DNA of 64,000 bases, from contig CM082593.2 in assembly GCA_040954595.2 (NCBI GenBank), positions 3,861,434 to 3,925,433 on the forward strand, written 5' to 3'. The notes below the pieces were generated by a model. It made no database searches. It saw only the letters and a list, made by a program, of their open reading frames with translations, and was not told where the DNA came from. Position 1 is the stretch's first letter. Every line of letters starts with the position of its first letter. Positions 25,253 through 38,243 of this stretch are shown piece after piece. Made by a program: the position numbers and the translations under genes. This DNA comes from Balanoglossus misakiensis (lineage: Eukaryota; Animalia; Hemichordata).

Positions 25253-25336
25253 TAGACAGAGAGACGTACAGAGAGAAGTACCGTACGTACACATACAGAC
25301 AGACTGGCAGGCAGGCATGCATGCATACATAGACAG
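25253..25336. repeat. Degenerate tetranucleotide microsatellite (ACAG/GCAG/GCAT/ACAT)
   Basis: agacagagagac...acagacagactggcaggcaggcatgcatgcatacatagacaga. Confidence 0.65.
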
Positions 25337-25736
25337 AGGTACACCAACATAACATGCAATGGTAACATGTGGAGACCAGGGGATGACGTTCAATATTTTT
25401 ACAGTCTAATGTACGGCACGTTTCGACAATTAAGACTCGTTACCTAACCATATATCATTTTACTCAGTTTGTCAAAGGAGTGTCATTTATTACGTGCATG
25501 AAGTATGGAACAGATATGAATTAAGATTTGAAATTGAAACTGTTTGACTAGCTCTCTGCTTTGCTACATGAATATGTAGAAAACAAAACAAGATAACATA
25601 ATGACAGACACAAATTGTATAATACAATATTCTATAACATTTTCTTGCGAACTGGTTTTGAAAATGATGCGACAATGGTTGTAAATCAGATATGAACTAA
25701 ATCTTGAAATATTGCTGAGCTAACATTCCAAAGCAA

Positions 25737-25932
25737 CCAATCAACAGAGCAATCACAAAATCAGCATCTGGAGGGTTATAAAACGCCACCAGTGTCCAAG
25801 TCACAAAGTTGCTTGCTCGCCTACTCGTGAGTTGTTTGTGAGATCGTACTTGGCCAGCGCGACCTCTCGTCGGGGTCCCATCTGCAGCGGCAAATGTGAC
25901 TCGGGAAATTGATTTACACAGAACAAGTGAGT
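25737..25932 (+). promoter_or_regulatory. Candidate Pol II core promoter plus short first exon of an unidentified transcript
   Basis: CCAAT 25737-25741, TATAAAA 25777-25783, CpG-richer leader, consensus donors GTGAGT at 25827 and 25927. No coding partner confirmed. Confidence 0.35.
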
Positions 25933-28900
25933 CCTCCTTTCACACTTGGCAAGGGCAACAGAGGTCTCTTCATCACCTTGCGGGCACTTCTTTTCCTTGT
26001 GTTTGTACCGTAATAGTTTTTACTCAATGCCTTGTGGTTTAACGATGTTTAATGTCATCCGCGCGGTGTATCTCTGTACGAAAGGGCGGGCTGGAAAGCG
26101 CGCCGAATCCTACGCGTCAGCGCACAAATCCATTTGGACATATCTGATGGAGATAAAACGCGGTGTGTCCTCTGGCGCCGATACAAATAATAACGTGGAA
26201 TCACATCAAACCCGGGCGTATAATTCTAGACGAAGCCTCCCATCTCCAAGTTCTGCGGCATGCTTATCAATTTTAGACGAACGCGTGGATGGTTTAACAT
26301 TCACATAATTTGACCTTGCCAATGATTTAGCTTCAGAAGTGGCCATACACTTGTTCAAGAATGTTATTTATTTAATGATGTGTCCACATAAGTAACAATG
26401 TACATATATTTCAAGGACGCCAAACTTCTAGAATATACGGTAAATGTCTGTTGACGGACGATGCTCAAGAAACTTCCTTCTTCTGGGCAAATAATTGAGA
26501 CCATTAAAGAGAATATACCTGACGTCTGCCATCTCTTATTTGCCCCAGGCTCTTCGCTAACGAAACTAATTGTCACATCGACTGAGATTGAAATCTGTAC
26601 TTTCTCATCTTCCGAAACACGATATTACGTAAATGTCTCATGAGTGGCTCATATTAGCATCGACTGTGCGCAATAGTACAACCCGGTCTAAATTATAGTC
26701 CAGGCCGTTGTATTCTGGCGTCGAAATCACTCAAAACTGGGAAATACACATTTCCATGTATGTTGTTCACTGGCGGTGTGGGGAATGTTATGAAGCGTGC
26801 AAGTGACTCATCAGCTGCTGATATTGCTGAAGGCATAAATTAATTGCATGTAGCACTAAATGGACATGGGGATTCTCAGCTCTTTGGTAGGAATAACTTG
26901 CAGGGCATGATTTTTATCTCGAAAATTGTCATCCTATTCTAGCAGAATGTGGCCAGTATGTTTCTAAGACTTAGGCACAATCTGACCAACAGGCAAATCT
27001 GCTCCTGCTATCAAATGCTCCCCAATAATGCACAGCATTTATCCGATACCCGGACTTTGGATAGTTTTTTATGACTTTAAACTTGGGAAACCTTCTGTGA
27101 CCCAAAGTAGGTCAATTGACCCGTGATTTATACGGGGCAACGTATTTGACGTTTTAATGACATATCCAGTATTTGCCGCTTGCCCAAGTAGCACTACATA
27201 TATAAAGCCATCAATTGTGTATTGATGCCTTCCATAAACTCTGTTTATGGTTGAGGGTTGTATTTAAACCCTGCTTTTATGTTTACTGTCACTTAGAGTG
27301 TGCGATAAAGGGATCTCAGCTCGTAAACTTAAGGGCTATATGTATTATTAAAATTACCATTAAGGTAACAGCAACTGTGTTTAAGAGGGGGAATTTTCGG
27401 TCTCCAATGATTAGGATAGCTGCCGGACAAGACCCGGAATAAACCCCAGGCTGAAGTGGGAACCGCTGTGCCAAGCGCGTGCATCTGTCGCTATGTAGGT
27501 TATGGTAACTCAGCCACTCCATCGAAGTCAATATCAGACGGTGACATTTGCGGTTTTGTCCCCCAATTTGTAGCGTTTTAATTCCCCGTTCTCGGCAAGT
27601 GATTAGTTTGGTTTGGAATTCGTTTATCTTAATGTCAACGATCACTGAGCGTTCGCAGATCCCACAACAAACAGCGCCATTCGTAAAATTTCCGCCTCCT
27701 GTCGAAATAATGACTAGTCTCTAATTTCAATTGATTTCCGGATAAACCACATGAAAGATGATGTCATGCGTCATATGATAAGAGGGAAAATAATATAGTC
27801 TAAGTTGAGTAGATATGAAGCTTACGCAGAACAACGGTGCAGCGTAAACACGTACAGCAAAGCCACGCAAAACATAGCATTATAATTTCCTATCAAAGAA
27901 CATGTAGGACACAACATTAGACAAATTTAACAGCATTAACACTGGACAAATCTTGTGTGTTTAAGCCAGACGAAAATTCACCCTTTACAATGTAAAATTA
28001 TACACGTTTAAATCTCCTATTACTATATAAACAGTTTTGCTGTTGGGTCTATAGCCGTATAAAGATACAACATATCACGTAAACGTGACAAATAGACAAA
28101 TATTTTTTTCACGATGGAGTGTTTAAGTTGATGACACTGGATCTGCGAGTAGCAAAGTCCCAGGAGTCTAGTTGTCGGTGGCATCTTTAGTTACATTACC
28201 GTATCTACGGTGTCGCGGGTAATCCACGCAATGCATTAAAGTTTATCCAATGACTACAGATTGTCTATTAAAACTGACGAGGGCAGTTTCCCCGGCCATC
28301 GTTTCGGCTGGATCAATGGAATTCTGCAGCATGACAAAGTACTGGCCGAACTGATCATCGCCATACCTTGCGCTCTCGTGAAAACAGCGAGCTGACTATT
28401 TTATTCAACCCTTAAGCCAGGCCTATACTCTTCGGGGAAGATCCCAAGAAGTATGTCAGGCATGGAAATCTATGCACATTCCTGTTTTATGACAGTCTTT
28501 AATGTTATTTTAAAATGCTAGTATTAACATTCCTGTTACACTTCTTGTATTCAAATTTGAAAACAAGCTGTCAGGGTTTTTTTCTCATACAGTTTGTAAA
28601 CAAATTGTTATGGCTATGAAGAATCGTATATACCGCAAAGAAAAAAAGGCAATATCCTATGATCAAACCCTTCTTTCATGTAAATTAATGATGGTGTTTA
28701 GTCTGTATTTTCTGTGTACATGGGCTTGACTTTCCCTTCTTGTACTTCGTAGTACGATTGGATCATACAGTATGGACAACCAGGGATGAGAGTTAGAAAT
28801 AATGTGAGTCACAGACTCTAGCCACAACAACATCCGCCTGTCAAATTTCACTGTTCACGCTATAAAGGCAATGTTTGTTCATAACATGTCAAATTCATGT

Positions 28901-29888
28901 GTATTGGTGCAAATGATACACAGTAACGGCGTGCATGGACTTTTATGTTGCTCTCACTTTGTATCCAATGCCTGAGAAGAAATGTCATATGGTCATCTTG
29001 ACTTCGCCGAAGAACGTTTAGTATCGCTAATAAAATGATACAATTACATATTTGACTGTTGAGATAGTAACAGCGCGGCACGCCCGGTCGAGCAATGAAT
29101 GCTTCGGTAGTGTCTAATTAATTTTTGATGCGAATGGTTTCTGTCTCCAAGACAAATGATCTTCACGCCCTCATTGTGACATGTTGCGTTCCAAACGATT
29201 TCAATGGTATGCCATTCATTGTTTGGAGGGGGAACTCCGGAACAGTGTCGATTTGTCGGTAACCCGGGAGACGGGTCGAATAACAGCATGCATGTAACTC
29301 ATCACCGCTGACGAGACAGCTTTGCGTAATCATCATCCAGATATGCCCACCACGTGGGACATTATGGACAATAGTTGTGAACTTATCAAAACACGGGCAG
29401 TTTTATTCTGGCACACGCAATCCCTAGGTGGTTCTGCGATTTATTAGAGTTCAGTGATTCGTTTCAATAGAATATAATATTAATAATACTCAAATACGAT
29501 AACGATTTACATGCAGCAAAGCAGTTGTGATAAGTAGAATTAGTGCTGGGCGTTTATTTTAAATGTGCTATATTTTCTTCCTGGCACATGGTTTAGGATA
29601 TGCTCAATACTCGTCATACACTTCAAGTATCGGGCTACACGTGTAATACTACAGCAAACCTCTCAACGATTCACGTTCACGTCACAGTTTAACAGCCATC
29701 AGGAATTTCATGAAACTACGTATCTGACCCTGTCCCTCGGCCCATTGCTGTACTCAGCTAAGGGACAGAGACGCATGACATGACTGGATATGACCGGTGA
29801 AGGTGGCATGAACGTGTACTGCCGGAGGTACAAACATACTCCTTGCCAAATTGTCGTCACGATTGTATAGGCTACGTCAGCCATGTTA

Positions 29889-30064
29889 GGGGAGAACCAT
29901 TTGTTTTCTGGGGGAGGGGTGGATAGAGGATTTTTGAAAAAAAAATTGTTGGCAGATGGTGAAGAGGAAAGGAAAAAGGTAGACTGGCAAAAATTGCTGT
30001 AACATTTTTTTTTACATATATGTACCCAAATCCTCAACCCTACTGAAATTAAATGGTTCTCTCC
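29889..30064. mobile_element. MITE, PIF/Harbinger (Tourist)-like, copy 1
   Basis: Imperfect terminal inverted repeats GGGGAGAACCATTT...AAATGGTTCTCTCC. Flanks TTA / TTC (degraded TWA target duplication). 176 bp, non-coding, termini shared with 60425-60592. Confidence 0.7.
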
Positions 30065-33000
30065 TTCATGCAGGGAATGTCATCTAGTCCCGAAAATGGG
30101 GTTACTAATTAATCCATCTTGATAACTCATCGGGGTTTATAAAATGATAGATTAAAAATGTCTAATCAACTTGGCGCCATTTTTGACATTTGCCTATTTT
30201 ATTAATGGTCTATTTATTTGAGATAGTAATTTTAACAACATCCGGCAAAACTCAGTAATTCGCTTAAAAGGGCACCCACAACTCGATGAAACGCTTTTCT
30301 TAGGAGGCGGTGTCGAGGATATAAAATATTTTTATGATTTTAATGAGATATGCTTATCTCCAACAGACAAGATTGGTATGCATCAGGAATGCATGTATGC
30401 CCCATAAACTACAAATGGAGATGTTTCTCAAGTTTGAGGAATTGAATCAACATAAGTGGGTCAAGTTACAATTACAGATAACCAGCGTGACCTTATTCTT
30501 AATGTACCGTGTCTTCCTCAGGCCCAAAGAAAGACGATGTTAGTATGGTGCACATTTTAAGATATTACACATTGCGTGAACATGTACTGGTATCTATTTG
30601 CCTTGACCTTTTGAAAATAAATTTAACCTCTTCACTGAACGTATAAGGCCTGATACGGGTATAATGAAATAAGTAACCTTCTTTATCATAGTTTACATGA
30701 AGACCACTCACCAATAAGACAGATTTTGAAGAGTAGTACCACATACTGTGGAAAGCGTGTGATTTCTGGATGACTTTTACATGTATTCCTGAGCACATGC
30801 CCCTTTCTGTAAGAGTGTCAATGGTTCTCTCGACGGGTTTGAACTATTCGTATTATGCAGACATGATTCTCCAGCCAACCGATGCAAATGCAAAAACATT
30901 GTTATGAAGTCACCCAAAGCTGGTCACATTTACCCCCTGAAATTCTGAAGGGGGATTCATGTTATATCAAGGTATCTTGCAATGTGATAAAACTTGACTA
31001 TACCGGTACATTGGTTGCTACATTGTAATACAATGTAACAACCGAACATTGTAGCAGTTACACTTTGCACCGACTTTGACTTGCCAGCAAATGTGTCGTA
31101 TTTGGACTTCAATATCACATATACCGAGCATGTCTGCCAGTAGTATAGTACGTACAGCGCAAGCAATGCATGTCTTCCACATATTTGATATCTACTATTG
31201 GCGTCGTTATCAGACCTCATAGAAACCGACATCAAAGAGGACATAGTTTGTATCATGAATTCCTGAATATACTGCAATTTGGTTTTATTCAGTCCAATAA
31301 ACAAATTTATCTATTTACTGAATTTCACCGAACAGAAATTGTAGAACAGATAATACAGGGAATCGTTTTCAATTGTTAGTATTATGTTTTATCTGTTGAT
31401 TTTCTGAATGGTCACATTTCACATTTATGTGACATTAGTAGCGACGTTGCACACACGCAACCCCCTTTTTACTTGTTTATTTCTTTCCTGATGAAAAGGG
31501 GACAATTTTACGATTCGGAAAATGCGGTGTGACCCTACTAACCCTTGTTATATTGATACATTAAGAATCTTTCATGTAATTTTATTTCAAACAGTAAAAT
31601 GCTTTTAACAACATCCTGTTAGAAGTGGTACTATTTGGGGGAACGTATTTGGCTTTTGTCTGCGGTGAAACGATGACAGCGCGGGTGATGATTTCATCGA
31701 TATGTCGAAGATTTATAGCGTAGTTACTTGAAAGCCTATCTTGTTGTTTATCACAAGGTGTCTGGGAAACCAACACTATTTTCTCATCAGCGAGATATCC
31801 CCATCGAAGTGAAAGGAATCACGTGCGCCATATTTTAAAGGCAGGAAGGAAGCCCAGTCATTTTGTTTGTACCATGTTCGAATCCTGCTGCTTTAAGCTA
31901 TGCAGAATATCCCCTTTCCACTCAAGATGTAGAGGATTTTCTTCGAAAAGCAAATAAATGATTCAATTACTCTCTGAGGCCTTAGTCCCAAGTAGATGAC
32001 GAAGCAAATTCAAGACAACCTTCTTTGCCCATTTGCAAGCAAGATTTGTCAAGAAATTGTCAAGTCATTCAACGTTATACAAGTCGTTTTGGAGTTTACA
32101 TTTCAGAATGATTCATGTAAAAGTGCTGTCGGTTTTGGCACATGGTTTCTGCATGATCACTATACTCCGCCAGGCTGAGTATCGTTCAGAGAGTAACCAA
32201 TGTACAAGAGTGAGTGATCGTTCAGTAACTTAGAGAGAATTCTGTACCATCAAGTAGGCACTTCCCAGCTTGCGTCTTTGAAATACAGGCCTCTCTGTAC
32301 CAAGTGAAGTATTCAGTCTACAGTATCAAGTATTTATCATTAATTGAATTTCGTAGGTCGTGTGTGACTAGGGGACTGGTTTTGAGATTGATTTAGCGTC
32401 GTTTTTTGTGAACACAACTGCGGACTTTTGTAGTACGTGCGCACTATGGGTATTTAGGGCACGTTCAAGCCTACTGATTCAGTTCATGGCAGATTTACTG
32501 CCCCAAAACAGGTAAAATCCATCAAACATGTAGGCCCAAGTACATGTACAAGTTTGAAGAGTGTGACAAATAAAGACAGCAGGTTGTGTCCACAGTAGTC
32601 TAAACCCTAGCCTCTCCACAGTCAAAAACAGTATCTCTAGTTGATGTTTGAGAGATAATTCATACCCTACCATACACCTCCTGATGGTATCATCTTGAAT
32701 AAAGAATACTAGAACACCTTTCTTTTGGCAAGTACATGTATGTTAGAATTGTGTTCAGCTGATCATACATACATGTTCTAATCTCAGACTGGCATCATAG
32801 TAATATTACTGGTGCACATTTGTTTCACAAGCAGCCATGCTGAGCTCCATTTCTTTGAACTTCTTCTTCTAAAAAGTAGAGAAGCATTTATCGCCGTCGG
32901 CATTCTGGTGTATTTTATATAGGACTTTACACGAAGAATTGGATTGTTCGATCTTGTGACCTCTACTTACAGCTGTGCAATTATTTTGGACTTAACGAAA

Positions 33001-36000
33001 TGTGTAGGGTACCTGTACGGAATACGTATATGTGGGCGGTCGACTTACACGTGCGAACAGGGTTCATGTATGAAGGATGTTGGCTTTTAATTCAGACAAT
33101 AAACTAATCCCAGCCCACGCTCAAGATAAAATAAGCGTGAAACGTATTTGGATGTAGTTCAAGGTCCTCGTGTCCATTATTCTTGGCTTTCGTGTCTAAC
33201 GTAAATTGTCATCTACCAGGTTAATTGGCAAAACCATGATTGGATGTGGTTGACAAATCCCAGTGCTTGAATATAACGAGACTGTCTCGGTTGTTTGGCC
33301 TTCATGTTGTATGAATGTTGCCTTTTATTGACATGGATCCAGTGGAGCATAAATTTATAGGCATCGTCCGACTTACTTACATTTTGCTCACTCGTGAGAT
33401 CATGATTGGAGCTTTAAAAACAGTGGGAAGCACAGGAGATAGATAAGAACGTGTTGAGTGGGACAAGAATGAGCGTGTAGACGGAGTAGGGAAAGACCAT
33501 GTGAATGAGAGAGAGGGAAAGTCCCGAGTAAATTATAGGCACAGCGGGACAGATGAACATATATTGACAGAGATAAATACGGTAGAGGGAAGATGCTCAA
33601 AACTGAGGTTCATGTAGAGAAGATGGAAGGGATGAGGATCATGGCCAATCAGAAATGAACATCAAATGTTGTTAATACTCTACCCTTGCATATGTTTTGT
33701 TGATCAAACAGTGGTAGCAGTAACACAGCCTATGCTCACACAATATTGGTACAGCCGTTTTGTCTCATGTTAGGAAATTATTCATTTCATTTCATTCCCA
33801 ATGGCAACGAATGAATTTCTCGATAGATGTCGTAGTCACGACGAAATTGGCTATTTTACAAAGTAAAGAATCATTTCTAAAAGAGGAATTACGTATAAAG
33901 GTTGTTTCCATGTCACCGAAAGAGAAAATATGTGTGAACTATAAGAAATGTGTGGGAAAATTGCCCACTCGTGTAATTAATCGTGAAATTGATCGGAAAT
34001 GCAGAACAGTGGACGATGCATATTCACATTTCTGCAAAACACATTAATATCGACACGTACAGGGTCTTATAAATAGACCGTATAATGCCGAGTATTTTTA
34101 TGAAACTTTTCATCAATTGGACTTTTTAATTTAGTTTCTTCTTACCACTGTTTCCCCATTGTTTTGGCATGGCATCGATAAGACTCGCATATTTAAACAT
34201 TTCAGAGTTTTGTAATTCACTTTATCACAGAAGTCTTATAGTTTCATTATACAATGGAATAAAAAAATCACAAATATGACGCTGATGCTGCACTGTTTAA
34301 TCACAAGTAAAAAATTGGGGATTAGCCCAGATTCACCATATGATTGATTCGCTGATTCCTGTTGATTAAAAACGACTAAGGCGTTTTTCTTCTGAAATTG
34401 CTTTTGGCTGAAATACGTTGATGGTGAAGTGGGGCAAGCAGTGTCCTCTGAACCAGCCATACAACAAAGTGCATGTCCGTATATGTGGAATAGTTTTGTA
34501 CAGCTGCCCATCGCGTGATTGAGCATAATTGGCAATCGTCAAGAATCGTCCCCCTTTCATTACTCATTGAACTGATCATGCGACACAAGACTTCATCCAT
34601 ATGTAGCGCTAAACGAGCAAGAAAATAATTATGTAGATGTTGATGCCTTCTACTGACTGTAGAAGTACAAAGCAATATGGTTTTAAATCCAAAAATGATG
34701 GTTCTTGGATTCCGAGAAGTGGATAAATCTAAATGCCAGATGTTTCAGGTTAACACGTGGTTATTCTAATAGGAAGTCTTCCACACATGTCTAATCCTGT
34801 TTGCTCAGTGCTTATTAAATTATTTATTTCTCCTATTGACTCTTGGCTGTATTTGAGTGACATGTGATTAAACAAAGTCAATCACACAAAAAACGAGATG
34901 ATGTATTTTTAGCTGACTACAGTATGTCACGAGCGGTGTGTCAACTGATAGCCGGTTCATCTGAAGTCATCGTGGCATGGATAACCGGGGCGTATTTAAT
35001 AGTCAGTGGTTCAAATAGATAGGATAAGATTGATAAAGCTCAACGAGAAACCGTAAATGTAATGGTTCCCACCGGCTCGTTAGATTTTGTTCACAGCCGG
35101 GTCGTTGCAGATTTGACACCCAGGGTTCGTTATCTTTATGCATTGGAGACATGTCAATTCAGAAAATTTTACTTAAAGTCCACAGATAAGACGAACTCGG
35201 TAAATTGAATTCGGAATGGCGGTCCAACCGTCAGCCATTCCCTAGACATAAAGAGTCGCTTTTCAGCTTACTTTAGCATGACAGTAATCTCGGTCAGTCG
35301 ATTTGTGAAAGTCAGCTAACCATGTTTTCGCTTAGTACTATTGCAATAACACTGAGTATACTACATTCACCAAAAGTAAATGTAGGAATACTGTGTCTGT
35401 TGCACACTGATCATGCTATTTGTTTGTGTATAGCGGGCATTCGTTCTAATGAGAATTACCCCTTAGTCCATCTTGTTTTGAAAGAAATGATTGTGGATGA
35501 TCCTGTACATGTTGAGTATATAGGATAGAGGAAGAAGGTCAGGTAAACACTTATGCTAAAATGTCAAGTTACGCTACTGTTCCTTTGAAGCGCATGTATC
35601 TTTTAATATTCAAAGACAAATGTCAATGCTAAACTCAGAGTGAGTTTGCCTGATTTATCAGTTTACTGATAGATTGTGCAATTAATATCCAGCCCCGGAG
35701 TCAGCAGAAATTATTACAAGCAATTGATCAGGACAGCCTATGTCCGTGGAAAAGACATTCAGCGTTCACTCTGCCGGAGTAATTGAGCATCCGCTTTTTG
35801 ATGAAGCGTGTACACTTTTTTGTGCACATCAATATGACGTACGACCTAATGTCACAGCCGTCGGTCACAGTACACCCACTCACCTAATATGCCTGATTTG
35901 TCGTAAGAAACGTGTTGCGTCGCCCAGTTCAAATGCACAGTCATTCAAAGTGCCTGGATAAGGTGTTTAAATAACGAAGATTGACACACTGTACGTGTCG

Positions 36001-37291
36001 CCCTTCCGTTTAAGCTCATTGATGGCAATTGTTCTGACCTTTGATACACTTCCTCGGAAATAGATAGATCCGTCATACGTTCTTTAACAAGCAAACGACT
36101 GTGAAGTCCATCGAAGGCGACCTTTTGCATTCTGAAGAACGGTCATTCGAAGTGCGCAGAGAAAAAAATCATTGACTCAAATCAGGTCCAAGCTATTTTG
36201 AACCGCCTCGTATATGTCAAGCATTTGTGCGATACAAAATAGCACCTGTATTAATGTTTTGTGGATGTAATAAAGCAATATGATTGTCTTGGCATACTTT
36301 CAGAGCATTGTCTCTAGTAATATTCACCTTTTCCATGTTCACAAAAAGGGTCACCAATTGAACACTTTGCCACACACAAAACCTCTGAAACACCACTTTT
36401 AATATTTATACTCACTGACTATTTATTGTGCCTACATTAATGACATGGCTAATACGTTAGAAATAAGATCAAATGGCTTATAATCTGCCCACTTCAAGGA
36501 CAGCTGTACGTGTCATATCACTGATGAAATACAAGAGGACCAAAGGAGAAATCGATGTCTCTACCGTTATATATGTAAGCTAAATACAGAGTAAAGAAAC
36601 ATATCCAACAGGTAAATGATGTTGGTAATATCAGCTAGTTGACGAAGTAATAGAACAATCTACATAAATGAGCTTCACAGGTGTATAGTAACCGAGTAAA
36701 CTTGCTGGAATAATCAACGACTAATTCAAAACACTAGTACAGTTCCGCATAATTGTAGACCCCTCAAAACCTAATGCTTCACAACGAACTACATACAACT
36801 TAATCGTGCATCATATATGCAGTCTAGATTCTATATAAATAGTGACATCAGATGAATTAAAACAGATGCCAGACACATCTTACTTAATGTATATATACTT
36901 TCTCATTTTGGTCCGAGGGAAAAATAATCAGCCTTTTGGATGTACATACATGATGGTCTATGTATTCTAGACAATATTATATGCAACGCACTTAAAGGTG
37001 CATTAGACCAGGGGAAACTGGGCAAGACAAAGATCCCCTTTGTGCAATTAATTTCAATGTGAAGTGAAACAATTTGCGCAAAATTTTGAAATCCTGATAC
37101 ATAAATGCAAGTGCAATTTAATACGTAAAGAATCGTGGTAAATATTTAAGTGTACATTGGATTGTCGTGATATATATCTGAAATTTATAATTATGAGAAG
37201 AAAGAAAATGTTCTCGTTTAATTTCGGGAGTACTTGGGCATTTGATGTGTAATGGGTGATGCTGTGCATAAAAGGGGTTAATTCCACTTAT

Positions 37292-37297
37292 TTTATT
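37292..37297 (-). terminator. Candidate polyadenylation signal of the luqin receptor
   Basis: AATAAA on the minus strand about 575 nt after the stop codon; another occurs at 36422-36427. Confidence 0.4.
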
Positions 37298-37871
37298 TTA
37301 ATATTAAAATACTAACAATCAGACTTTCTCATCAGATGCAACCCCCTGTATTTGGACATTTGACAGTAATAAACCTCACGAGAAATTAAACCCCAATAAA
37401 ATAAAATGTGTGGATATCAACGTGTAGTTTTCAGAATACTAATTTAAACATTAATATTTTCATTGAAATGGGTACACCAGGATCAAAAACAATATATGTC
37501 ATTTTCGCTCTTAAAATATACTCTTACAGACTATTAGAATAAGATTCATCTCAACTACTGTTGTAATGCGGTTATTCCGAGCTATATAACTTGAACGAAT
37601 CGACTGCATACTATCCTATACATGTAGCTTGTCAGCAGAGCATCGTCAAGTATTCAACACTGGTTTCCTTTGAAAACCCTATCATGCAGACACGACAGTG
37701 CCTTCGATAACCTTAGAGTCAAAAGCCAATCTTTGGAAATGCTCATCCCGTTTCTTTTAAAGCGCCACATCCATGTCTGCCATGTTGTCATGCGTAAAGT
37801 TCAGGTTTAGTGTCCAATGAATGATACCGCCTCTCTCAGGCCTTTTCGGGACATGAGTCCATTTTTACTGT

Positions 37872-38243
37872 TTAGTGCATTTCTCCGTTACTGTAGGGCG
37901 AGAGGCTGTTTTCTTTGCGCAGTGTCATCTTAAAGCTTTCCACGTTTGTCGTGTACGTGCTGACTCGTCGCAGGGGTCCCTCCTCTTTGGGCGTGAAGTT
38001 GACACACGGCAGGAAGCGGAACACGTACTTGAAGCCATTGCGAAATTTGGCGTTCATCCAACAGTAGACAAACGGGTTATACACACAGTTGCTCATGGCC
38101 AGCCAGTGGACACCATAGTAGACCAACTTCACGTACTTGAATTTGGAGATCTGGGGCCGGTGATCCATCAGCAACGCAAACGTGTGTATTGGTAAATAGC
38201 ACAGTGCGAATATGAGCACAATCAGTGCAAACATCTTCACCAA
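37872..38243 (-). CDS. LQR: Luqin-type receptor coding exon 2 (TM6, TM7, C-tail)
   Basis: Strong (TTTC)n acceptor ...tttctttctctcag|TTG. Translates LVKMFALIVLIFALCYLPIH...NPFVYCWMNAKFRNGF...GEMH*. The intron is about 6.2 kb. Confidence 0.94.
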   Translation of the reverse strand: MVKMFALIVLIFALCYLPIHTFALLMDHRPQISKFKYVKLVYYGVHWLAMSNCVYNPFVYCWMNAKFRNGFKYVFRFLPCVNFTPKEEGPLRRVSTYTTNVESFKMTLRKENSLSPYSNGEMH

